Shown here: positions 11,063 through 22,339 of the stretch, one piece after another
Layout of the letters: each line of letters starts with the position of its first letter
How positions within the stretch are numbered: position 1 is the stretch's first letter
Source of the DNA: Vicugna vicugna
Lineage: Eukaryota
Direction of reading: 5' to 3'
DNA: 64,000 bases
NCBI GenBank assembly: GCA_013265495.1
Contig: MU058038.1
Location: forward strand, 28,514 to 92,513
Notes under the pieces: model-generated
Told to the model about the DNA's origin: nothing
What the model saw: the letters and a program-made list of their open reading frames with translations, nothing else
Database searches by the model: none
Position numbers and translations under genes: made by a program

Positions 11063-13022
11063 TCCCACCCAGAATGGCTCATGAGACGGTAAAAAATAAC
11101 TCTTAAATATAGCTCAGATTGTCTGGCTCCTGCCCAAAGAGTGACTGGGGTACTTCTATATGGGGGATTGTAGAACCCAAAAATACATAGCATCCTTACA
11201 GCTCGAGGATGCTATGAGAACATGGCCCTGTCCTTTGCTGTCTCCCTTTAGAGAAAAACCCAGCTGCGTGGCAGGGCCATAATTCAGAGAAATGTTTAAG
11301 AGTCTGAACCTTTCAAGGATTACAAGGATTATCATCAAGGGCCACAGAGTGTCAGATTTCTCCACCGAGCAGGTAGAGTGTGGTCCTGTTTCCCTCCACC
11401 AAGCCAAGTTCTTCTAGGGAACTGCATGCTTAAATCAATATCCAGCAGATTGCTCCTCCCCCAGTTTACATAATACCAGATGTAATTAGCATCACTGTGA
11501 AATAAAGAGTAAGGTAAACTACTTTACTTCAAAGCCTCACTTAAGGTAGGAACTCAATCAGAATGTGATTCCCAACCCCTTCCAAAGCTTCTTTATTCCC
11601 CACCGCAGAAAATCAGCTTATTCTCAGCCAAGGCCATGGGAGGTTCCAAGTCTATTAGTAACAGTGATCAGCACTTTCTTGTCCCAGTCTCCCCCGGCCA
11701 CACAACACAGGCAACATGCCCTACACCGCACGCGGAAAGCAGCAGAGAACAGCCTCCTGTGAGGGGAATTCTGCCTCACAGTGAAGCTGCCGCACCCGCC
11801 ACACACCATTGATAACTACCCTAGAAGTTCTGGCCCCCAAATCAAAGGAGCAGTGATATGCCATTGCCCCTCTGAGAGAATGATGACTTCAGATGGGAAG
11901 AAGAGGGGCTTAAGTCTCCCTCAGGAGAGACAGAGGCAGCAGAGAACAAGGCTGATGCATTCTGGGAGCGCCACTCCAGAGGCCACATATCAAGTGTGGC
12001 CATTCTTACAAGTGGTGGCAGGAACTGCAGGTGAGGGGAAGATGTGTTTGCCCTTCTCCTGCTGTCTCGCAGGGCAGCGTTGAGGTGGAACCAACCAAGT
12101 GCCTCTGGGCAATTGAGTTCAAGGATACACACAAAACTCCCACTGGCTCCTTGGAAGATATCATCACAGACATATCCAGGGCAGCCCATCCATTTATAAG
12201 TTCATGGATGGAAGTGCAATGTGTATGGCGTCTTGTCTCATTTTCAGAGGCTAGACCTTTGTGCTGGGCGTAGGGGCAGAAAGAGTGGAATGGGGAAAAT
12301 TGGCTTCAGAAGCCTAGTAAAAGAGGTGTGCAAACAGGCGGCTCCCTCCCTGCTTGGTCCGACTGCCCAGGGTGCAGTGCAGTGGACAGTCTCAGCATCA
12401 GAGGTAGGCAGGCTCACCATGATGTCACCCCAAGCTGGACTGTCTTCAGTACGCTCCCTGACTTTGCTAGGCCTCAGTGTCCTCGGCTGTGCTATAAAAT
12501 CAGGACACCACCAGTCTGAGAGGATGGCTATCCTCAGTAAAAGGGGCAACATATGTATCGTGGTCAATAATGTAAGCATGTAAGTGCTCAATAAACGTGC
12601 ATCTCCTGTCTTTCTTTGGCTGGTATACTCGTGGGGGAAACATTATGCTGCTTTACTCCTCGGGGTAAAATGAAAAACAGGAATAGTACCAGGTCAAAAC
12701 CCATTATGGCTTATTCATACCTGAAATAGTCAATTCAGAAAAAAAAATCAGATATAGCCAGGGCTAAAGATGATTTCCTGGTCCCTGGTTTTTCACACCA
12801 GAATTTGACTCATATAGTTGTCTACAAATGCTTGTCTAAGGAGGGAAAATAAAGAGAAAGTTGAGCAGGAGAAAATGAAGGTTTGGTTTTAAACTTACTC
12901 TCCTCCTCCTACCCCTACCACAGCTACCCAAGGGCCCTCCTCGGGGAATTCTGGGGAAGGGCATGCTGGTGACAGATTCAGCCTTGCCCAGTTATTGATG
13001 GTTTAGAGGATATTACAGCTGA

Positions 13023-13072
13023 ATAATAATAGTAGTAGTAGTAGTAATAATAATAATAATAATAATAATAAA
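13023..13072. repeat. (TAG)n/(TAA)n microsatellite
   Basis: Visible directly in the sequence. Confidence 0.9.
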
Positions 13073-13509
13073 AATGATGGGTGGGATCTGTGAATCCACA
13101 AATGATAAAGAATATTTAGTGGTGAACAGAAAACAGGCACTGTGGCTGTTTACCCAAAGGTTTCCAAGATCAGAGGCCCAATGTTAGTGACATTTGCATC
13201 TATGGTCTGAAAGATTGTGTTTGCAGTGATGACGGAGCATTTGTCCCCTCCCTTTCCCAACTCATGACCCTTCCCCTCAAGTCCAACACTGTGTATGTGC
13301 CAGAGGGGGTCTGGTGGCTGATGACATGTGGGACTAGGAATGGGGAAAAGCTATCTGACATCCCTGCAGTCTGGCTTGGCACTGAGTCCCAGACCTGTGC
13401 TCAACCAGGTACATCACAGTGAATCTGCTGGGCCTGGCTGCCAGGATGCCTCCTCTTGGTCTAGACAGATGAGCAAGCACCCAGAAACTGGAGGCTCTCT
13501 GGTACTCAC

Positions 13510-13697
13510 TGGCCACATTCATTGCAGGGCGCACTTTCGGCTCACCAAGCAGCCGGGAGGTGCTGCTGGGGGGGCGATGGGCAGCGGGCTGGGCGTGGCT
13601 GCTGGAGCGGGTCTGAGGCCGAGTCTGGGGACGCGCGTCCTGCTTGGCCTCTAGGACTTCCGGCACTTTACCCTTCTTATGCATCTCCCTTAAGATA
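13510..13697 (-). CDS. PDE4DIP-like Olduvai (DUF1220) large exon
   Basis: ILREMHKKGKVPEVLEAKQDARPQTRPQTRSSSHAQPAAHRPPSSTSRLLGEP vs PDE4DIP LSRELQEKEKVIEVLQAKLDARSLTPSSSHALSDSHRSPSSTSFLSDE; ccaccag acceptor; 3' end set at the phase-1 donor A|gtgagt (uncertain). Confidence 0.8.
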
Positions 13698-14519
13698 CTG
13701 GTGGGTAAGAAAGACAGAAGGAAAAATGAAGGTCACCTGAATGCCACAGCTATACTGATCTGAGAGCTCACAGGAGAGGATCCAGAAGTCAAGGAGACTG
13801 TTCCATTAGAGAAGCCAAACAATTCGTTTCTGTTTGGGGTAGAGAGCTGGGGGCAGGAAAGAACAACAGTTGTCCAGTGCCTTGGCCACAAACATTCTGA
13901 GAAAGAGAGAAGACCCATCAGGGCCTCTAAACAACACTTACGGTTCCTTCACAAGACACCCAAAGGTCCGTAAGAGTTCAACACTCTCTGCGAATGATCC
14001 ATTAAATAGTATTTGCAGTGGCCCATTTAAAACTGCTTCCTGAGACGATGTTGCCTTCCAGGTGTCTTGTAATTTCTAGACCCCCCTCCCTAGCTATAGT
14101 CATACAGTGTAAATCTCTTTTTTCAAAGAAAATTTGAAGGCATTTAACATTTGTCAGCACCCACTGGTCACTCTTGAAGATACCAGGCATAATCTCACTC
14201 CAGTCTTTACGGAGCCAGGGGAAGTCAGAGGGGACCATGGGAGTACAGGAAACCCTGAAGACTGGGTAGTTAGGTTAGAGCAGCTCTATATTATTAAATC
14301 AGTGAATTGATATAAGAGTGGAGACCAAAAGAATAATACATTTTAAAAATAGGAAATGAGACCACTTTATCACTAAGGATCCATAATGGTTTGATGGTAT
14401 AATCAACTGTTTGTTTTTTTACAGGGTGTGAGAGCTCCTGCTCCTTTGACCTTCTGGCTCTCGCTTCTGGATCCTCCTCCAGATCGTATCTTTCATAGCC
14501 CTTGAAAATTTGGAGTTAC

Positions 14520-14571
14520 CTGAGGTTCCGCAGCGTCTGTCCTGTTTGATTTTTCTTACTCATACAGTCAC
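14520..14571 (-). CDS. PDE4DIP-like Olduvai (DUF1220) small 52-nt exon
   Basis: ttttcag acceptor, gtaact donor; GDCMSKKNQTGQTLRNL vs PDE4DIP KDHKSEKDQAGLEPLAL; phase 1-2 joins both neighbours in frame. Confidence 0.8.
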
Positions 14572-15693
14572 CTGAAAACCAGATTCAAAGAGGACCAGTC
14601 AAAATTTAAGCAGCTCTCATTTCCCAGAATACAAATGAACACTGGCTTTTCTCTCCGGGATGAGAGACACAGAATTGCTTGTCGCTTGAGTCTGGGATAC
14701 TCTGAATTTTTTCAGAAGACCTTGGGTTGAGTATTTACCAAACTTGCTAGGCAGGCTTTCCCGAACCCACCACGAAGATCATTACCTCTGCTTGCTCTGC
14801 TCTGAGTCACAATAAAAAGCTGAAAGTGTCTCTTTTTCCAAAGATAATGAGATTCTTGTCCAACTGGCCTTTGGACCACACTGGCCAGAGCCTCCAAGTC
14901 CTGCCGCAAGGCTGGTCCCTAGTCCTGTGTCTGTGTGTTATATCACGCTTTCATGCACAACCTACTCCTGTCTCTGTAGAGGTGACAGACAGCCCTGTCT
15001 CACCTCTTCATCTGCCATCACGAGCCCCCACAGTGGCCTCAAGCCTGCTCTTACTTTGTGCCCTCAGGTCTCTAGGGAATATTCTATGTAAAAGGCCCCT
15101 GAAATAAGAAATATTCCCACAGCCAGGTACTAGTACATGCAGTGCCTAAACCATTTCCAAATCATCATGATTCTTTTTATCATTTTTTGAAGTGCACTGA
15201 TTAATATTGTTGTTTGATTTTTAGAATAATCATGCGGCATTTAGGGGCTGATATTATTTGACCTAATTTTTTAGGTAAAGGAAATAGATATCAAAAGAAA
15301 TATGAACATGTACAGAGTTAGTAGTGAACACATATAGGCGAGAGCAAGCATCTTCAGATTCCTAGTTTAGGGTTCTTTTCAGAACAACCAGCTGCCCCTG
15401 TTCCACCTCTTTCTGCCAGTTAGTCTCAGATAAACGCTATCACCCCCCGTGACGCCTCCTGCCCTAGCACCTCCCACATACTCTGTGGGAGATGGAGGAA
15501 TAGGTAATCATCATGGTGGCACCCCAACCCTGTGTGCCTCACTGTTGTAGTTTCTGATTCTGCCGTGGCCCCAAAATGGTGATACAAAGCAGGACACCAG
15601 ACTGAAAAGTCACTTGTGGATGGGTGTGAGCCTGTGTGAGCCTAGGTCCTTGGGGAGGACTAAAGGCCCTCCCGAGCCCTGGGGCCCGCTTAC

Positions 15694-15926
15694 CTGTACT
15701 GAATTTGCTGGCAAGGCTCTCTGCCAGCTGGCTGCCCTTGGCCAGCTGCTCACGGAAATGCTGCTCCATGTAGTGGTCAATGCTGTTACTGCAGAGGAGC
15801 TCCTCAAAGGTCTTCACTGTGTTCTTGACGTGCTGGATGAGGAGAGAAGAGATAGCCCCCCCGATTCTCATCTTTTGCCGCAGGTGGGTCAATTCTCGAG
15901 CCTGATCCTGGATCAAGGAATATTTC
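15694..15926 (-). CDS. PDE4DIP-like exon (233 nt, phase 2-1)
   Basis: KYSLIQDQARELTHLRQKMRIG..KNTVKTFEELL..FREQLAKGSQLAESLASKFST vs PDE4DIP KYDSLIQDQARELSYLRQKIREG..KDTVKSFEDLL..FREQLAQGSQLTERLTSKLST; ctttag acceptor, gtaagc donor. Confidence 0.9.
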
Positions 15927-16898
15927 CTAAAGCAGAAAAGAAACAATAAGGGTGGAAAGGGGTAACTGATAGGTTATGGTGCTTCAGCAGAAAGTGCTTT
16001 GAGAATTTCTCCAAAAGAGCCCCCACATTGAATTCTAGCTCATGTTTAGTGACCTGCATGTGGTAAAGGGAATAAAAGAAGGAAATGAAAAGGGTTCCTC
16101 TTCGTAAAAGACCCCTTCTAAGATCATCTTTCCCCCTGTCCATACTTCTGAAAATGGAACCAGGTTTTCCTCTCTAGTTCTACTTCAAAATCTGTTCCCA
16201 GGCCCTCTCTTTAGCTTATAATTCATGTCAATACAGTAAACAAAGCCAGGTGTTAATTGAAAAGTTGAAAAGAAAATCATCACATGATAGAAGAGACCAC
16301 TTGGTCTAGGCATCAGAATTCTTCTCTCACCAGGATGGACCTACCTGTGTCTTTTCCAAAGACAGCTAAGACTCAATTAGCAAGACATCTTTAAGCCTTT
16401 AATTTAACACTATACATTATTGCTTCTGTATTTTTCAGTGTATCTAATATGGTGTTTTACCCATCAGGGTTCAAGAGAATCATCAGAAAAAAAAATGATC
16501 TTCAAAAAATGATCTTAACTAATTTAGAATCCCATGATATTCTGGCCAACATAACCACAATTTGCTACAAAAAAGAATAGAAGAGAAGGTTTTAGTTTAT
16601 CTTGTTTCTGAGGGAGGCAAAGCAATCAGATGTAGGAGCACGAATCAGCCGGCCTGGGTTTTAGCCCCAGTGCACTCTACCCTCCCACTGCAAACCTGGG
16701 GAGTCACTGTACTATTTGGTGTCTTAGTTTCTTCATCTGCAAAGTGAGATTAATACAGCTTCTTTGCCTTTTTAGAAATATGGGTGGGATTGAAATTCAT
16801 TTTAAATGTTGGGATGAGTAGAGCAGAGCGTGTAAAGCATTTATCTTATCAAAAAGAAGACAGTTTTTCATTCATTAATTTGGTAAGTAATGGTGAAC

Positions 16899-17086
16899 TT
16901 AATGTCCTCTGTGTTTCTGCAGGTGTGCCAGAGCAGAACCAGTGACTTCTGACTTCAGCATTTTCTCTTGGAGACCTTGGCAGTGTCGCCTGTATTGTGC
17001 CAGCAGGGGCACAGGTGCTGTTTGTTTTCTGAGAAGCTGAACTTTGCCTGAAGCCCAGAGTCACTGGTCTGGAACAGGTAATCCAG
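16899..17086 (-). pseudogene. Disrupted PDE4DIP-like exon
   Basis: LDYLFQTSDSGLQAKFSFSENKQHL/LAQYRRHCQGLQEKMLKSEVT vs PDE4DIP LDNQSQPRDPGPQSAFSLPGSTQHL..LSQCKQRYQDLQEKLLLSEAT; frameshift, acceptor reads AC instead of AG. Confidence 0.75.
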
Positions 17087-17367
17087 GTGTTGGAAGGAAC
17101 AAGAATGGGGATCAGGGCAGGTCATCCCCGCAGGAAGCATAAACCTCCCTTTGAACCTTTAAACTACACTGTCCTTTATTCATGTTTCCGTCCAACATTT
17201 CCCATGCCATTAGGCAGCTACTGGTTACTAGACTAAGAGTTCTTTCAGAACTGGGAGGGTTTTGTCCATCTTATGCATACAGGCAAACACAGAGGAGGCT
17301 CTCAGCAAACATTTCTTCAACAAAGGAAAAGAGAAGCGCTTGTAAACCTCCGCTCATCCCTCACTGA

Positions 17368-17415
17368 GTCCCTGCCCTAGCGTCCTCTCAGGTCCCTGCC
17401 CTAGCGTCCTCTCAG
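17368..17415. repeat. Exact 24-bp tandem duplication
   Basis: GTCCCTGCCCTAGCGTCCTCTCAG x2. Confidence 0.95.
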
Positions 17416-17829
17416 GGAGCCTACGGATTCTCTACTGATGCAGAAAACCCTTCCTCTAAGAAGGACCCTGCACTCACTTGTGGGGAGGTCTGTGAAATGG
17501 GAATGTCCTCAGAAATACATACAGAAGTGGGTGACACCTTAGCAAAAGATGGCCTTGCCCTACAGTCCTTGCAGCTGGGCTTCTGAAACTCTCAGAGGCT
17601 AGGATGGTTAGAATATTCTGTTGAACCTGTCTATTTGTATATTTTTCTTCCCCACCAGTTTGAACTTCTTCATGGAGGAGACCAGATCTTATTGATTCCA
17701 AATGCCTAACATGGTATCCAGAAAATGATACATTTAGTAAATATTTATGAGCTATTATGTATAAAAGCCTTTCTCAAATGTAGTATAAGTACAGAAAAAT
17801 ATTATTATTACTGCTGCTTCAGGTGCATT

Positions 17830-20800
17830 AGGATTTAAATACAATGCAAAAATCTCAGAAATTCTACTTTGATTCCATATGCAGATGACTTACTTTTTTG
17901 TTCCTCATCTAGAGAGAACTCAGAAGTTAATTCAAAATATCTGTTTCAACAACTGGCCTATAAAGGCCATAAGGTTTCTTGTGATAAGCTTCAGTTTTTA
18001 CAAGGAAAGATACAATACCCAGGTCATTATTTATCTGCAAAAGGAAACTTTCTGTCTCCAGAAGGAATAAGTACCACCTCAAGTAACCCCAATCCATGAC
18101 TAAGAAAGAACTTAGAGGCTTCCTCACACCAGCAGGATATTGCCAAGCCAGGGTCCCTAACTTTTTCTTGTTAGCTTCTCCACTCTATGTATGAACTGCC
18201 TAAAAATAACACTCAAGAACCTCTTCCTTGGGAAACAAAATAGGAAGACTTTACTGAAATTAAATGGGCTTTAAAAAATCCTCCTGCATTGGGACTCCCC
18301 AGCTATACTAAACCTTTTATGTTGTTTGCTTAGGAATGTAAAATCAGGCTTTGGGAGCACTTCCTTAAAAACACGGAGTTAAACACAGACATACAGCTAT
18401 TCTAGCTTCCAGGTCCAGCGGCCAGGGCACACCCCAATTGTTTAAAGGCAGTAGCGGCAGCCACTAAAATTACAGAATCCTCCTTGAAACTTGTTCAGGG
18501 AAGTGAATTAAATTTACAGGTTCCTTATGTTGTACAAAGTTTGCTAAACACTGAGCATACACACCATTTCTTAGTAGACTAACATCTCACGAGATTCTAC
18601 TTGTCTCCTAATCTGAGCATTCTTTGCTGCAGCTCTTTAAACCCTGCTACCCTTACCCAGCGAAGGAGAGAGATGCATAATTGCATTGAATTGGGCTCCC
18701 CAAATCTAACTCCTAGATTAGATCACCAAGAAATTCTACTAGCCAATCCAGATTTAGTACTCTCTGCGGATGGCTCCTGTGCCAAAAATTCTGAAGGAAA
18801 ATATCACACTGGATGTGCTGTCACTACTCAACATGAATTATTAGAATTGAGGAGTCTCTTCCTTAGTTTAACTCAGCCCAACCTGCAGAATAGTTTGATC
18901 TCACTTGAGCCTGTGAATTGGCAAAAGAAAAAAACTGCAAATGTTTACATTGTTAGCAGGTATGCCTTCAGAGTAGTCCATGACTTTGGAATGCTCTGGG
19001 AACAGAGATTTTTCTTCTTTGTGGTATATCTATAAAAATGAACTTCAGGTCACTGACCTCTCTGCACTATCACTGCCCTCACAAGTTGCTGTCATAAAAA
19101 TTGAGGCTCATACCCACTGATGAGACCCTGAATACCAGGGAAATGCAATGACTGGCTTTTCTACAAAGAAATTCCTTATGTACCAACACTTTGTAATGTA
19201 AATGGACTCCATAAAATGGCCAAGGGAACAGAAACCAAACTTTCTGTATAGCCATTTTTCTCAGTTTCCACAACCTATGGTCCACTGTAGAGTCAAATCA
19301 GATTACTTAAGACAGTTTGTATAATAGATACGAAATTGTATCTGATGCTGAAAGACACAAAAGTAGCACCCAAGAAAGATGCATATTTAATTAAAAACAG
19401 GACTTTGGGAAGCCCTAAATGGCTGTCTGATGCTTCCTGAATTTCTCAAATTACCACTCTAACAAGCACTTCATGTGACTACCTATTATGGAATTGACAA
19501 AATGACTCAAATTATGAAAAAAATATTAGTGGAGTGATTGTTCTAAATTAGCAAGGCAGGTTTATAATCAATGTTAAACTTATGAATCAGATAACCTAGG
19601 TAAAATCATTAAGGTAACTCCAGTGGCTGCTTCCCCACCAGCTGGAACATTTGAACATTTAAAATAAGACTTTTTCAACTGTCTCCTTTATGGGCTATCA
19701 ATATGTACTTGTAACGGTATGTCTATTTCTAGAGGAATAGAAGCTTTCCCATGTTGGAAAGCTGATGCCACCACAGCAGCAAATAAATGATTAGAAAGTG
19801 TTTTTCTACTATCCGGAATCCCAAATGAAATTTCAAGTGATAGAGGGACTCATTTTACTGGACAGGTTATAAAACAAAGGTTGTAGAACAAAGGTTATGC
19901 AAACATTCTGGCACTGTCATTGCCCCTGTCATCCTCAGTCTTCAGGGAAAGTTGAATGTTCCAGTGATATTCTAAAATTAAAATTGGTAAAAGTTACTGA
20001 AAATACAAGAATACCCTGTCCTAAAGTGTTCATCTTAGCCCTCATGACAACGAGGTCAACACCTTTTGGGAAACACAAATTTAACACCTTATGAAATCAT
20101 CACTGGGCAGCCCATGCCTTTGATGAGAGAACTCCATGCATATCCTGCCCTTGTAAATTCTCATATGAGCCAGTACTGTAAAGCACTAATACAATACTCA
20201 AAAGCTTATATTCAACAGGTCAAGGAGCCATTCCGAGACCCTCAGTCTGACGAGGACTTTGTATCCATACACTGGAACCTGGAGACTGAGTACTCTGAAA
20301 GAGCTGTAAGTGAAAAACAGTGCACTTGAACTTCGATGGAAACAGCCCTGCCAGGTTCTTTTCATTTCTCACGCAGCACTTAAATTACAAGATATTGAAG
20401 CTTGGGTCCATGTCTTTCAATTAAAGAGAGCCTCCCCACCCTCACTTCCACCATCAGACTCCTGGACTCCTGGACTCCTGGACTTGTCAACCTATGGTTG
20501 ACTTAAAATGAAAGATCTCCAGGAAAAAGATCTTCCTTTGAAGCAGATGACAACACAAGGTAGACAGTTTACATCCAAGACATGATTCTGCTGGCTCCTC
20601 CATCTTTCCCAAGACTTATTTTTATAACAATAAAAATTGTGTATTACTGTTTGACAAACACAAAACCTTCAAACTCATGTTCCTTTTTCTGTTAAGGATT
20701 TTCTCCACTCACAAAGTTCTACCATTCAATACACACCCTCCTTTACTAATCAAAACAATTGTTGGTTATGGAGCCACTTAAATGCTCCGGAAGACTCTCA

Positions 20801-21330
20801 GTTAATATTATGACCAGAGTTTACACATGCTTGGAGGACAGAAAGATTTGGTATCCATCCCTTGACCATTCAACTAAAACTTACGGCCAATTAATCTGGT
20901 ATTGAGAGGAAGCTGTGGAAACAAAAGGACAGCCCATAACCACTGTAAACTTCATTGCTGGCAATCGGTCCATATGCATAGAACACCTTAATGGTACTAG
21001 ACTTGATTTAGGTCATGTTCTGGACTCACTCTGTAAACATACTCTTTGGTTTGACTCAGATGTTGGAAACTGAACTACTATATATAACGACATATTTTAA
21101 AACAGATAATGACAACAATACTTTTGATTATGTTATTAAGAAAATCACTGAAGCTAAACTTAATTTAGCTTATTCTGCAAAACAAGCAAAAATTACCTTG
21201 GGCTGCATCTTGTAAATGCCCCTGAAAATCATAAATGAATCTTAAGCTGTTCCCCTAAGCTGGCACGAGGTGGCCACTTTTAACCAATCCTCTATTGCTT
21301 GGAAAGCTCTAATGCTGGAACAAGTCATTG
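17830..21330 (+). mobile_element. Degenerate class I (gamma/epsilon-like) endogenous retrovirus fragment: pol (RT-RNase H-integrase) plus env start, no LTRs seen
   Basis: RT YADDLL..LAYKGHKVS..KLQF; RNase H LVLSADGS..GCAVTT..ANVY..SRYAF.VVHDFGMLW; integrase ISSDRGTHFTG..HCPCHPQSSGKVE..LTPYEIITGQPM; many stops and frameshifts. Env-like CW motif near 20760; 3' boundary approximate. Confidence 0.85.
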
Positions 21331-21469
21331 TAAATAATAAAAAAACCTCTGCATTCTCCTACACAGGCTACCTTATAACAACACACCTCTGAGCCTCATT
21401 CTACTGTCAGTTTAAGAGCTCCCAGTTTTTGGACTGTTTTTATGTGCACAATAAACTCTTACTAATCAC

Positions 21470-21676
21470 TATTTTAATGATCCAAAGGTTTCAATTTTCC
21501 TGTTTCTAGATTTTTGACATTCAGTTTCTGCTTTCTCATTCACAACAACTTTGGCTGCCCACCTCCCCTCCATCATCTCTAGCCTTCTTATTCTCTTTCT
21601 CCAGCTAAGAAGATGTTCTTCTCTCATCTGCTCTTTCAGCTCTGAGATCTCAGGATGCAGTATTAGCGCAGTGTTC
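21470..21676 (-). pseudogene. PDE4DIP-like exon, 3' part decayed
   Basis: RNTALILHPEISELKEQM..KVVVNEKAETECQK vs PDE4DIP RNTMLSLCLENAELKEQM..ETVVTKEG..AEFRK; ttgcaag acceptor in phase with the 26722 exon; runs into a stop at ~21470. Confidence 0.7.
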
Positions 21677-21990
21677 CTTGCAAGAAACACACACACAGCA
21701 CAGAGATATGCACCAGGGGCCACGGCCTGGTCCTGGCTGCATTTACCAAGATTACAGACCCTTTAACAGCCCAGTATGTCAAGACGTAGAAAATACTAGT
21801 GCGGGAAGGAACCTCATCTTATTTTATGGATGAAGACATTGAGGCTCACAAAGAGTAAGAAAAATATTTGATATATGTCAATAGTATCTCAATAAAGCCA
21901 GGGGAGGCAATATACCTGACCCACCACAACTGGTTGGTAGAAGAGCCATTATTTAAAATTGTGGCTTCAAACTCAGAATCTAGTATTCTT

Positions 21991-22122
21991 TTTTTTTTTT
22001 TTTAGGTGGGGAGGGAGATAATTAGGTTTATTTATTTATTTTTAGAGGAGATACTGGGGATTGAACCCAGGACCTCCTGCATGCTAAGAATGCACTCTAC
22101 CACTTGAGCTACACCCTCTCCC
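21991..22122 (-). mobile_element. tRNA-derived SINE (Vic-1-like) with target-site duplication
   Basis: A box TAGCTCAAGTGG, B box GGTTCAATCC, poly(A) tail; TSD CAGAATCTAGTATTCTT at 21974-21990 and 22123-22139. Confidence 0.85.
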
Positions 22123-22339
22123 CAGAATCTAGTATTCTTTATCAGTGCCATGCATCCTCCTGTTCTGACTTTCAAGGGTCTCTGAGATAAGTAAGACTAA
22201 TTCTACTTCCAGGACAAGGCCAATTACTGAAGCATTCATTGTTTGGATTCTATAGGTCTATCATTTATTCTCAGGCAATTTCCAAATAATAAATAGGTCT
22301 TATCACAATGACAATTAAAGTGTACTTGGGTAATTTTTT

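Noticed and set aside
17478..17537. 60-nt minus-strand exon-like segment (ctaag..gtgagt)
   Set aside because: Phase-compatible with the 15926 exon but no recognisable homology; cannot be told from chance without transcripts.
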